Below, one piece after another: positions 9,297 to 18,476 of a stretch of 40,436 bases of DNA (positions are counted from its first letter, which is position 1; each line of letters starts with the position of its first letter). Origin of the DNA: a virus. Lineage: Duplodnaviria > Caudoviricetes. The notes under the pieces are model-generated. The model had not been told where the DNA came from. It saw nothing but the letters and a program-made list of their open reading frames with translations, and did no database searches. The stretch is from positions 1 to 40,436 of IMG/VR virus record IMGVR_UViG_3300020216_000031; one strand, written 5' to 3'. The position numbers were made by a program, and so were the translations under genes.

Positions 9297-9704
9297 ATGA
9301 CAAGAATACACATGCTAAATATTGGCGACATTGTTTCTTTTGAATACCCTGTCGACTCAGGCGAAGAGACTACAGCAGAAGTGACTGAACTACACTACGA
9401 CGTTATGAGTGCTACGGTTTACGATGGAACTGAAACGTATCACATAGACGACTCACTGAAAATCACAGTGCTGACACCAGCAGAGGACGCTAAAGAGAAA
9501 CACTATCAGAGCAACACAGAGGACGGCATAGACCTTATAGACTTTTGGCATATGCAAATGACGGCCGAAGAGTTTCAAGGGGCTATGAAGTCGCAAATAA
9601 GCAAATATGCTGTGCGTTTAGGTCGTAAAGATGACCGTATCGAGGAACTTAAGAAAATTGAGGACTATGCTAGACGCTACAGAGAGAAACTGGAGGCTGA
9701 ATAA
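9297..9704 (+). CDS. DUF3310-like domain protein
   Basis: KHYQ...GIDLIDF...KYAVRLGRKD...LKKIEDY. Confidence 0.6.
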   Translation: MTRIHMLNIGDIVSFEYPVDSGEETTAEVTELHYDVMSATVYDGTETYHIDDSLKITVLTPAEDAKEKHYQSNTEDGIDLIDFWHMQMTAEEFQGAMKSQISKYAVRLGRKDDRIEELKKIEDYARRYREKLEAE

Positions 9705-10184
9705 ATGACAAAGACTATATATATTGCAGGCGACATGTTAAGTCACGGCCAGCAGTTACGCAGAGCTTATGAGAAATCAGCATTTAAGCAATTAGGCTAT
9801 GAGGTCTACAACCCTCAAGATGATAAGAGTATTAATGACAAATCAAGCGCAGACCAGCAAGGACTGGCAGAGCGTATTGTGGCAAACGACACAAGAGGCA
9901 TTGAGAACGCAGATATTGTCGTGCTGGATTATTTAACACACGCACAAGGCACGATTTGCGAGCTGGGGTACATTCAGAAATTGAAACGTGAAAAGCCTGA
10001 GCTTGAGGTATATGTGCACTGTACAGATGTTAGACAAGGCACAGGTCACATTCCTGCTGAGCAGGACAGAGCAGAGTTTTCAATTAATCAGTACGTTTAC
10101 GGCGTGATTTTAGAAGTGACTGAGGGCAGAGGCGTTCAGGACTTTGAAGAAATAATGAAGGAGCTGAGTGTCGGTGCAAATTAA
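9705..10184 (+). CDS. Nucleoside 2-deoxyribosyltransferase / N-glycosidase family protein
   Basis: IYIAG, VYNPQD, NDTRGIENADIVV, GTICELG. Confidence 0.8.
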   Translation: MTKTIYIAGDMLSHGQQLRRAYEKSAFKQLGYEVYNPQDDKSINDKSSADQQGLAERIVANDTRGIENADIVVLDYLTHAQGTICELGYIQKLKREKPELEVYVHCTDVRQGTGHIPAEQDRAEFSINQYVYGVILEVTEGRGVQDFEEIMKELSVGAN

Positions 10185-10470
10185 TGAAATAGCTGAAAAA
10201 CTAGAAGAATTTGAAAACGAAATGCTCAGACTCAAAAAACGCAACAGGCAACTCGAAGAACTGGCACGAGCTCAGCAGGACAGACTCAATAATATCTATG
10301 AGGCGTCGGCTAAAGCACAATATGAGGCTAGTTTGTGGCGTAAACGCTTTGAGGCTGTTGAGAGTTACGTTGCTTTAAAACTTGAAATGACACCAGGCAG
10401 CGATCAATACAGAAAAGTGGCAATACAGATTAAAGAGCAGATGAAAAAAGACTTGCATGAATTATATTAA
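10168..10470 (+). CDS. Hypothetical coiled-coil protein
   Basis: AAGGAG RBS, GTG start; heptad pattern. Confidence 0.7.
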   Translation: MSVQINEIAEKLEEFENEMLRLKKRNRQLEELARAQQDRLNNIYEASAKAQYEASLWRKRFEAVESYVALKLEMTPGSDQYRKVAIQIKEQMKKDLHELY

Positions 10471-10525
10471 GCAAGCGTTAGAGGCTAAGGGCGTGAAAGC
10501 GTCAATCATAAGGAGGAATAGCAAA

Positions 10526-10834
10526 ATGGAAAACATGCAAACATTAGTAGAAAACATAGAAGATTGGTCAGTAGATAAAGGGTTAAACAATTCAGACCCT
10601 AACAAGCAAATGCTTAAAGTAGTCGAAGAGATTGGCGAGTTAAGTCAAGGCTTAGTAAAAGATGACAGAGACCAAGTTATCGACAGCATAGGCGACGCAG
10701 TTGTGACACTTGTCATATTATCTCAACAGCTAGGCTTAACGCTTGAGCAGTGCACAGCGTACGCATACAACGAGATTAAAGACCGTAAAGGCGAAATGCG
10801 CAACGGTTCATTTATCAAGGAGGCTGACCTGTAA
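10526..10834 (+). CDS. mazG: MazG-like NTP pyrophosphohydrolase
   Basis: KVVEEIGEL...DSIGDAVV...AYNEIKDRKG; AGGAGG RBS supports ATG 10526 (track start 10457). Confidence 0.85.
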   Translation: MENMQTLVENIEDWSVDKGLNNSDPNKQMLKVVEEIGELSQGLVKDDRDQVIDSIGDAVVTLVILSQQLGLTLEQCTAYAYNEIKDRKGEMRNGSFIKEADL

Positions 10835-11022
10835 TGACTGATTTAATCAATGCAGCTTTTCATGGCATAACTATCGCATTACTACTGTTACATTTTGTAG
10901 ACGTTAAACATCAAGCAAAAATCAATAAAATGCAAAATCGCAGAATAGATAATCTTCAAAGAAAAGTAAATAAGCCTCAAGACGGTTTTAACAAGGAGGA
11001 CACAAACAATGACAGAAAATAA
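10834..11022 (+). CDS. Small membrane-anchored hypothetical protein
   Basis: TAATG coupling; hydrophobic N-terminus. Confidence 0.6.
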   Translation: MTDLINAAFHGITIALLLLHFVDVKHQAKINKMQNRRIDNLQRKVNKPQDGFNKEDTNNDRK

Positions 11023-11359
11023 CCTATATACATTTAAAGCAAATTGCTACGGCGTAGTAGACGGCGACACAATTGATGTGATGATTGATTTCGGATTCGA
11101 TATTTGGGGGGACAGACGATTGAGATTATTGAACGTCGATACGCCTGAACGAGGACAAGAGAATTACACAGAGGCTACTGAGTTTGTGAAAGATAAAGTG
11201 TTTAATCACGATGTGCTGGTGCAGACACACAAAGATGACAATTTCGGTCGTTACTTAGCAAATGTTTATTACCTAAATGGCACAGAATATAGACTGCTTA
11301 ATGATGAGATTAAAAAGAGTGGGCTATTAAAACCAAATTCTAAATGGAATGAGGAGTGA
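11009..11359 (+). CDS. Thermonuclease (SNase-fold) family nuclease, no signal peptide
   Basis: VVDGDTI, RLRLLNVDTPE, DNFGRYLANVY. Confidence 0.85.
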   Translation: MTENNLYTFKANCYGVVDGDTIDVMIDFGFDIWGDRRLRLLNVDTPERGQENYTEATEFVKDKVFNHDVLVQTHKDDNFGRYLANVYYLNGTEYRLLNDEIKKSGLLKPNSKWNEE

Positions 11360-11365
11360 TGGCGA

Positions 11366-11551
11366 GTGGATTTAATCAAACCTTGTCCGTTTTGTGGAGG
11401 ACAAGCGGATATGAGATATAGTTTTGATAAAGCATTGATTGAGTGTTCAAATACCAAATGTAAAATACAACCTTCTACATGGTTGCGAGTTGAAACTGAT
11501 AGTGTAGATAAATTAGTTAAGATATGGAATACACGAAATTATAAGGGGTGA
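11366..11551 (+). CDS. lar: Lar-family restriction-alleviation zinc-finger protein
   Basis: LIKPCPFCGG...IECSNTKC...WNTR. Confidence 0.75.
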   Translation: MDLIKPCPFCGGQADMRYSFDKALIECSNTKCKIQPSTWLRVETDSVDKLVKIWNTRNYKG

Positions 11552-11557
11552 TGGCGA

Positions 11558-11833
11558 GTGATACCGAAACACTTTTTCAATGACGTTAGGTTAACTGAAA
11601 GCAGCATTAAAAAAGCTAGAAAATACTTTTATGATGGTTCTTTAAAGAGAATTGATGAGGTGTTGAAAGGTGAGACATTTCTAAATGATGAAAATGATGT
11701 AAAAGATTTTATCGTGTTTGAATTAAACAATGCTAAAAGCACTTTATTAGGCGATAACGACTACAAACCTTATTTTTTACAACATGCGTACTACATTCAG
11801 ACGGGTGAGAGTTTATCTCTTATGTACAATTAA
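11558..11833 (+). CDS. Hypothetical AT-rich cassette protein
   Basis: Bounded by the 12-bp repeats. Confidence 0.7.
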   Translation: MIPKHFFNDVRLTESSIKKARKYFYDGSLKRIDEVLKGETFLNDENDVKDFIVFELNNAKSTLLGDNDYKPYFLQHAYYIQTGESLSLMYN

Positions 11834-11847
11834 AGGATTGATGGCGA

Positions 11848-11929
11848 GTGAGTATTGTAAGAATTAGAAAGTAAAATCGACGACAGAAATGAATGGGCTT
11901 TACTGAAAATGGAACAGGAGGTCGAGTAA
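11848..11929 (+). pseudogene. Decayed small gene after the third junction repeat
   Basis: GTG frame stops after 8 codons; the shifted frame reads ELESKIDDRNEWALLKMEQEVE to TAA 11929. Confidence 0.35.
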
Positions 11930-11930
11930 T

Positions 11931-12137
11931 ATGCTAAGAACAGTACAAGAGCTAGAGGACAAATACAACCTAGCAAGACACTACACAACGAAACTGAGAG
12001 ACCCTAAGAGGCTGAAAGCATTACAAATGCGATTAGGCCTCAGCACTGAGGACATGAGCCTAATAGAGCAAGTTATAAAAGATGACAGCATCATAATGCC
12101 AAACGACTATGCAGACCATGAGCAAATAGATATATAA
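11931..12137 (+). CDS. Hypothetical protein, paralogue 1
   Basis: AGGAGG RBS; similar to the next ORF. Confidence 0.7.
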   Translation: MLRTVQELEDKYNLARHYTTKLRDPKRLKALQMRLGLSTEDMSLIEQVIKDDSIIMPNDYADHEQIDI

Positions 12138-12151
12138 GGAGGAGCATTTCA

Positions 12152-12340
12152 ATGCTAATAACAATAAAAGAATTAGAGGATAAACACAATATTTCAGGAC
12201 ATTATCAAATCATGGTAGATGATGAGGATATGAGCGATGAAGATTTTGATGAGATAAGCCATGCTCTAAGTGAGATAGCGCAGCACTTAATCATAGTACC
12301 GAGCATGAGTGCAGACCACACAACGATTGAAATAGATTAA
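12152..12340 (+). CDS. Hypothetical protein, paralogue 2
   Basis: AGGAGG RBS; shares ML.T..ELEDK.N...HY and II.P...ADH..I.I with the previous ORF. Confidence 0.7.
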   Translation: MLITIKELEDKHNISGHYQIMVDDEDMSDEDFDEISHALSEIAQHLIIVPSMSADHTTIEID

Positions 12341-12354
12341 GGAGGAGCATATCA

Positions 12355-14832
12355 ATGCACGAATTAGACAATATCACGCCATTAGAGCAGCTACAATACG
12401 ATGGTAAAGTGACATATGCACAAGCGACAAGCAGGCTATCAAGCTATTGGCGTAATACTGAGAAGAGCTGGAGCGAATTATTGCAAAAGCTCTCAGTGAC
12501 TACTAGAACACAGGAAACTATCGCAGAATACAACACAATGAAAAAGGCTGAGCAATCAGAAATTAAAGACGTGGGAGGTTTCGTCGGAGGTTATCTCAAA
12601 GAAGGTAAACGCCGTAAAGGCTATGTAATGAACCGTTCAATGCTAACACTAGACATTGACTTTGCTGACGAGAACATGGACGAAATCATCGAAATGTTTT
12701 TCAGTCATGCCTATGCTGTCTACTCAACGCATAAGCATAGAGCCACTACGCCACGCCTGCGCTTTGTTGTCCCTCTTAAAAGACACGTCAACGGCGACGA
12801 GTATGAGGCTGTAGCTCGTAAGGTTGCTGAGTCAATCGGCATTGATTACTTTGACGACACGACCTATCAGCCTCACAGGCTCATGTATTGGCCAAGTACA
12901 AGCGCTGACGCTGAGTATCTGTTCACGTACCAGGACGCACCTTTCATTGACCCTGACGACGTGCTGGCTGAGTACAAAGACTGGAAAGACCCTCTCGAGT
13001 GGCCATATTCAGAACGTGAAACAGCAAGCTACAAACGCTTAGCAGATAAGCAAGGCGACCCACACAATAAACCAGGTATCGTTGGTGCTTTCTGTAGAGC
13101 CTACGACATACACGATGTGATCGAGCATTACTTATCTGACGTCTATGAGCAATATGACGACACACGTTACACATATGTAGGGGGCTCAACAGCTGGGGGC
13201 TTAGTTATCTACGAGAACGGCAAATTCGCCTACTCTCATCATGGTACAGACCCAGCAGGGGGCGAGCTATGCAACAGCTTTGACCTGTTACGTGTGCACA
13301 AGTTCGGCATACAGGACGAAGAGACGCCTGAAGATACGCCAATCAATCGTATGCCATCTTACATTTCAATGCAGAAACTCGCACAGAACGACGGCGAGGT
13401 TAAAATCAACATGATGATGGAAACCTACGAGGCTGAGGACGAGTTCAGCGACTACATTGACAAGGCTGAACGTGACGAGCGCAAGGAGCGCTACAAATGG
13501 GCGACACAGCTCGACGTGGATAAACAAGGTAATGTGTTGGCTACAACGCCTAACATAGGGCTCATATTACGTCATGATGACAAGCTCAAGGGCAAGATTG
13601 CCTATGATGAGTTTAACAACAGATTGAGCATATTAGGCTCAACGCCGTGGCGCAAAGAGGACACAGTGAGCTATTGGCGTGACGCTGATGACGCAGGCCT
13701 GCGCATTTACTTAGAGCAGGAACACGGTATTTACAATAGAAGTAAAACAGATGACGCTGTGAACGAAATCGCTACAGAGAACAAGTTCCACCCTGTCAGA
13801 GATTACCTCGACAGTGTTGAGTGGGACGGTGTCGAAAGATTAGACACGTTATTCATTGATTATTTAGGCGTGGAAGATACAGAGCTCAACAGAGCTGTGA
13901 CGAGAAAAGCCTTTACGGCTGGTGTGGCACGTATTTATCAGCCAGGCATTAAGTTCGACTACATGACGACGCTATACGGTGGCCAGGGTCAGTACAAATC
14001 AACAGTATTGCGCAAAATGGGTGGCGCATGGTTCAGTGAGTCACTTACAAGCGTGACAGGCAAGGAGGCCTATGAGGCATTGCAGGGCACGTGGCTTATT
14101 GAAATGGCTGAGCTGGCTGCTACTAAAAAAGCAGAGGTTGAGGCGATTAAACACTTTATAAGTAAACAGGTCGACTCATTCCGTGTAGCTTACGGCCGAC
14201 ATGCTGAGGACTTCCCTCGTCAATGTGTTTTCTTCGGAACAACGAACAAAATAGATTTCTTACGTGATGAAACGGGAGGGCGTCGTTTTTGGGCGTTAGC
14301 CGTAGATAAGCGCAACGCTAGCAAGAGCATTAATGAGCTAGATGACGCTAAGCTCGTAGGTCAGATGTGGGCAGAGGCGAAACAGCGCTACAATGACGGC
14401 GAAAAGCTGTACTTGCCTAGTCACTTAGAGGACAAAATGGGCGAGCGTCAGGCTGTACATACAGAGGAAAGCGTGTATCAAGGTATCGTTGAAGAGTTCA
14501 TCGACACGCCTATCCCTTACACACAGGACTACAGCTGGCGTGACTTAGACCTAGACACGAAACGTGCTTATATTCAGTCAGGCAATCCTGATGTATTACC
14601 TCAAGAGCCAGTAGGCTATGAGTATAGAGACCGTATTTGCGTCTCTGAGGTATGGTGTGAATGTTTAGGAAAAGACAAAGGTAACTTCCCTAGAATGACT
14701 CAAACTGAATTGAAATCAGTGCTAAAAAATCTAAAAGGTTGGGAACCTTATACGGGAAATAATCGAGGCAGATTAAGATTTGGCTTAGGATATGGAGCTC
14801 AAAAAGCATTTTCAAGGGTTGAAAACGAGTAA
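12355..14832 (+). CDS. VapE/VirE-family primase-helicase
   Basis: N-terminal primase-like LTLDID / YSTHKH...PRLR; Walker A GGQGQYKST, Walker B LIEMAE, FFGTTN...DETGGRRF. Confidence 0.9.
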   Translation: MHELDNITPLEQLQYDGKVTYAQATSRLSSYWRNTEKSWSELLQKLSVTTRTQETIAEYNTMKKAEQSEIKDVGGFVGGYLKEGKRRKGYVMNRSMLTLDIDFADENMDEIIEMFFSHAYAVYSTHKHRATTPRLRFVVPLKRHVNGDEYEAVARKVAESIGIDYFDDTTYQPHRLMYWPSTSADAEYLFTYQDAPFIDPDDVLAEYKDWKDPLEWPYSERETASYKRLADKQGDPHNKPGIVGAFCRAYDIHDVIEHYLSDVYEQYDDTRYTYVGGSTAGGLVIYENGKFAYSHHGTDPAGGELCNSFDLLRVHKFGIQDEETPEDTPINRMPSYISMQKLAQNDGEVKINMMMETYEAEDEFSDYIDKAERDERKERYKWATQLDVDKQGNVLATTPNIGLILRHDDKLKGKIAYDEFNNRLSILGSTPWRKEDTVSYWRDADDAGLRIYLEQEHGIYNRSKTDDAVNEIATENKFHPVRDYLDSVEWDGVERLDTLFIDYLGVEDTELNRAVTRKAFTAGVARIYQPGIKFDYMTTLYGGQGQYKSTVLRKMGGAWFSESLTSVTGKEAYEALQGTWLIEMAELAATKKAEVEAIKHFISKQVDSFRVAYGRHAEDFPRQCVFFGTTNKIDFLRDETGGRRFWALAVDKRNASKSINELDDAKLVGQMWAEAKQRYNDGEKLYLPSHLEDKMGERQAVHTEESVYQGIVEEFIDTPIPYTQDYSWRDLDLDTKRAYIQSGNPDVLPQEPVGYEYRDRICVSEVWCECLGKDKGNFPRMTQTELKSVLKNLKGWEPYTGNNRGRLRFGLGYGAQKAFSRVENE

Positions 14833-14846
14833 AATTACATGATTAC

Positions 14847-15290
14847 TGCGTTGCCACCCGTTGCCCTGATTTTTGGAGTTGGGACACGGGGCAAGCCCTT
14901 GAGCCTGTAAGGTTGAGGGGCTAGCGTTGCCCTCGTTCCATAAAAACTGCCATCTTCTCAAAAACCACTCACAGGCAATTTTCTGCGTTGCCCTGCTTTA
15001 GGGACACGCAGCCAAAACTGCGTTGCCACGCGTTGCCACGCGTTGCCCTGATTAGCACGTCTGGGCAACGGGCTCAGCCCTTATATGTCAAGGGGTTAAG
15101 CCTTGCTGTGTCCCTCGTTCCATTTTTTTCCCTAATAGAGTTAAAAATAAGTATAGGGGATAGAGAGAGTGTAATAATATACCCTGTACTCCCTAACACG
15201 TATTTTTATAAGTTTGGCGAAAAAATTCAGCGATTTTTGGGACACGCAAGGGTTCAGCCTTACGGGCAGTAGGTGTGAGGGCAGTTGCCG
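14847..15290. repeat. Iteron array, putative replication origin (copy 1)
   Basis: CGTTGCC/GGCAACG and GTGTCCC/GGGACAC boxes; three 10-bp tandem iterons 15021-15050; three inverted box pairs 36 bp apart; AT-rich core; directly after the primase-helicase. Confidence 0.7.
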
Positions 15291-15348
15291 AGTAATATTA
15301 CACTTTTATTGATTGTAAAACTACACGATTTTAAGGAATTGATGAAAA

Positions 15349-15633
15349 ATGAGAGAAAGCAAAATCGAAGAATATCTTAAAAATGAAGTTGGGAAATATT
15401 CAGGGTTATGTCTGAAATTTACATCATCTGTTTCAGGTGTTCCTGACAGAATTGTGATACTTCCTGAAAATAGAATTTATTTTGTTGAGTTGAAACAGGA
15501 AAAAGGTCGACTCTCAAAAATACAAAAATACATGCACAGACAATTTAAGAAAAGGGGCGTACCTGTTTACGTTCCATATTCAAAAAGTGACGTCGATAAA
15601 TTTATAGAGGAGGTGTGCAAACATGTCGATTGA
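15349..15633 (+). CDS. VRR-NUC nuclease (Holliday junction resolvase-like)
   Basis: MRESKIE...GVPDRIV...FVELK...LSKIQ. Confidence 0.9.
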   Translation: MRESKIEEYLKNEVGKYSGLCLKFTSSVSGVPDRIVILPENRIYFVELKQEKGRLSKIQKYMHRQFKKRGVPVYVPYSKSDVDKFIEEVCKHVD

Positions 15634-16985
15634 TTTTAAACCCTATGACTATCAGGCTTATGCGATAAATAAGATTATAGATAACAAAAGGTTTGGGCTC
15701 TTTTTAGACATGGGACTTCGGCAAAACAGTCTCAACGCTAACAGCAATAGAGCAACTCAAATATGATTATCTTGATGTAGACAAAGTGCTGGTCATAGCT
15801 CCTAAGCGTGTAGCAGAGGACACATGGGCTCAGGAAGTCGAGAAGTGGACGCATTTAACTCATTTAGATGTTTCGCTTGTGCTTGGCACACCTAAGCAGC
15901 GAGAGCAGGCGCTAGAGAGAAATGCAGACATATATGTCACGAACAAAGAAAACACGAAATGGGTATGTGAAAGATTTAAAAAAGATTGGCCGTTCGATAT
16001 GGTCGTAATTGACGAGTTATCTACTTTCAAGAACTCAGACAGCCAACGCTTTAAGATACTTAAAAAGAAATGGCCATTGTTTGACAGGTTCGTAGGACTT
16101 ACAGGAACGCCAGCACCTAAAAATATCATGGACTTATGGGCTCAGCTATATTTGATTGACGGGGGCGAGCGTTTAGGAAAGTTCAAAACACATTTTAGGC
16201 AAAAATACTTTTATCCAACTCATAAGGTTGCTGAGGACACATTCAACTGGGAACTGAAAGACGGTGCGAAAGATGAAATCTACAAAATGATTAGCGACGT
16301 AACCGTCAGCATGGAAAGTAAAGACTATTTGAAAATGCCTGAACGTGTCGACACAGTCAAAGAGGCCAAGTTAAGTAAAAAAGAGCGAGCCTTGTATGAC
16401 GAGTTAGAGCAGAACATGGTCATAGAGAACGACATAGACGACGAAAAAGACATAGTGGCATTAAATTCAGCCAGCTTGAGTGATAAGTTGTTACAAATGT
16501 CTAACGGAGCCGTATATGCTGACGATGGCTCTATTACTCACATACATGATAAGAAACTAGAGTTGCTAGACGAGATAATCGAAGAGTCGCAAGGCCAGCC
16601 AATACTTGTTATGTATAACTACAAACATGATAAGGAGCGATTATTGGAACGCTACAGCTTTGCTGAGACCTTAGACAGTGACGACTATATGGAGCGCTGG
16701 AACAATGGCGAAATACAAATGCTTATCACACACCCAGCAAGTGCAGGGCATGGGCTCAATTTACAGTATGGAGGTTCAATCATGGTTTGGTTTGGCCTAA
16801 CTTGGAACCTTGAATATTATGAGCAGGCCAACGCTCGACTTTACAGACAGGGGCAAAAGAAAACGACTGTTATTCATCATCTACTTACTGAGAACAGCAT
16901 TGACCAAAAAGTCTATGAGTCACTCAAAAATAAGAAACTGGATCAGACTGAACTCATGAACGCAGTAAAAGCACGTTTATTTTAA
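15623..16985 (+). CDS. SNF2-family helicase, joined by a +1 frame change at CTT-CGG-C (15716-15722)
   Basis: ATG 15623 with GGAGG RBS; frame 0 gives ...FLDMGL, +1 frame gives GKTVSTL...; DELS, GLTGTP, GHGLNLQ, QANARLYRQGQ; 453 aa if joined. Confidence 0.85.
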
Positions 16986-17107
16986 TTCTAAGGCCTCTCA
17001 GCCTCCACACATTGAACATAAATACAAAATAGGATAATTACCCTACAAATAACTTAAAAGCTAAAATAAGGGGTTTAAAATAGATTATACGCTACGGAGG
17101 TTAAGAC

Positions 17108-17239
17108 ATGAAAATATATCAAAAGTTACTTGAGATTTTAATATACACAGTTTTTACAGCAATTATTCTAGGAATAGCATTGATGGTACTAGGGTTGTTG
17201 CTTGCAGGAATACAAAGCATTTACACATTCTTATTCTAG
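17108..17239 (+). CDS. 43-aa membrane peptide MKIYQKLLEILIYTVFTAIILGIALMVLGLLLAGIQSIYTFLF (not in ORF track)
   Basis: GGAGG RBS; its stop overlaps the RBS of rinA. Confidence 0.65.
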   Translation: MKIYQKLLEILIYTVFTAIILGIALMVLGLLLAGIQSIYTFLF

Positions 17240-17250
17240 GAGGCCAAACC

Positions 17251-17667
17251 ATGCAAGAATTGAAAAAGGTTGACTATGCAAAACTAGAGGACTACATCGA
17301 AAACTTAGACAGATACAGAGAAGAGTTGAAGTTCAGAGAATATGAGCTCATGAGTAACCATGAACCTGACAACCCTGAGGGTGGCAAAGCAAATTTTGTT
17401 AGCAATCCAATCGAGCAACATGTCATCAAATGCAACCAAGACGCACAATATAGACGCTTGCAGGACGTTGTGAACGGTACTGAAAGATATTTGAGTCAAT
17501 GTGACGATGAAACAATCGAGATATACAGGCTTAAGTTTTGGGACAAGCCTTTTGATTGCAACACATGGAACGCTATTGCTGACAGATACTACATAAGCCA
17601 TTCAGGTATGAGACGATTTAAAACAGCACAACTTGAAAAATTAGCAAAATTTATCGGCTATGTTTAA
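17251..17667 (+). CDS. rinA: RinA-family late transcriptional activator
   Basis: KLEDYI...LKFREYEL...NPIEQ..IK...IYRLKFW...W..IAD; last gene of the replication module. Confidence 0.85.
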   Translation: MQELKKVDYAKLEDYIENLDRYREELKFREYELMSNHEPDNPEGGKANFVSNPIEQHVIKCNQDAQYRRLQDVVNGTERYLSQCDDETIEIYRLKFWDKPFDCNTWNAIADRYYISHSGMRRFKTAQLEKLAKFIGYV

Positions 17668-17849
17668 ATTTGGTTTTTTTACCTATGGAAAACCAGGAAT
17701 TTAGGGGTTATTATGGTAATGTGTTCAAAAAAGATGAACACTAGCAGTGATTACGGATAATCTTGGCTTGTTTATTCGACTTCTTCTAATTTTATATTGC
17801 GACATAGACCTAATTTTTCTTTTATTACATTCTTATTTTACTCCTTTAA

Positions 17850-17881
17850 GTCGGCTGAGAGCACCTCAGTCGGCTATTTTT
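17850..17881 (+). terminator. Intrinsic terminator
   Basis: GTCGGCTGAG-agcac-CTCAGTCGGC then TATTTTT. Confidence 0.65.
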
Positions 17882-17951
17882 ATGTTATGCTTTTACAAAA
17901 TGTATTTATTGGATATAAAGCAAATATCAACAAAAAAAGGAGAGAACGGAC

Positions 17952-18464
17952 ATGTCACAAGAGTTATTTCTTTCAAACATTTCGTATTTAGTAAATAAGA
18001 AAGTAAAGGTCAAGCAAACAGATAAAGAGAACGCAGTAATGAGACAGGTTATCGCTAACACTTTAGCTGAATTAAATCACAAATTAAGCGATGACGACAT
18101 AATTTTCACTTATGCTACAGATATAGACAGAATAAAGTTAAACCCTGAGGATAAATTCACAGAATTAGCCAAGGAACGTGTAGCAGTATTCACGAAAAGT
18201 GGCCTTTTTATTGAGGCTGTATATGATTTCGATGAAGATTCGGCATTTATTTCTCAGATAAGAAAAAGAACAATTGAAGTAGTAAAACCGATATATCAGC
18301 ACGTTGGTAGCCCAGGTTTGATTGTTGAAGAATTTGAGGAAATAGACCATTTAACATTTAGATTTAGTGACAACCGTGAGTATATAACGCTACACAAACA
18401 TGATTATTCAGGGAATAAGACTATAAAAGAAATTTACCTAGCATTTATTGAACAATTAAAATAA
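17952..18464 (+). CDS. Moron-like hypothetical protein (170 aa)
   Basis: AGGAGA RBS; AT-rich; flanked by terminators; lies between rinA and terS. Confidence 0.75.
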   Translation: MSQELFLSNISYLVNKKVKVKQTDKENAVMRQVIANTLAELNHKLSDDDIIFTYATDIDRIKLNPEDKFTELAKERVAVFTKSGLFIEAVYDFDEDSAFISQIRKRTIEVVKPIYQHVGSPGLIVEEFEEIDHLTFRFSDNREYITLHKHDYSGNKTIKEIYLAFIEQLK

Positions 18465-18476
18465 ACAGATTTCCCC

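Larger units (their letters stand above)
11357..11850 (+). repeat. Three 12-bp direct repeats TGATGGCGAGTG at gene junctions
   Basis: Exact copies at 11357-11368, 11549-11560 and 11839-11850, each after an SD and ending in the GTG start. Confidence 0.9.

Noticed and set aside
14988-15272. Track ORF similar to ORF 39710-40039, suggesting a duplicated gene
   Set aside because: No RBS, different starts, and mostly non-synonymous block changes; the similarity is explained by the duplicated iteron element. A few changes are synonymous, so coding is not fully excluded.
14881-15290. CRISPR-like array (repeats with 36-bp spacers) paired with the Cas4-like DUF2800 gene
   Set aside because: The boxes are only 8 bp, inverted and not contiguous, the spacers are related to each other, and DUF2800 is a normal replication-module gene
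17747-17998. Two overlapping track ORFs of 83 and 64 aa
   Set aside because: No RBS, they cross a terminator, and composition is low complexity
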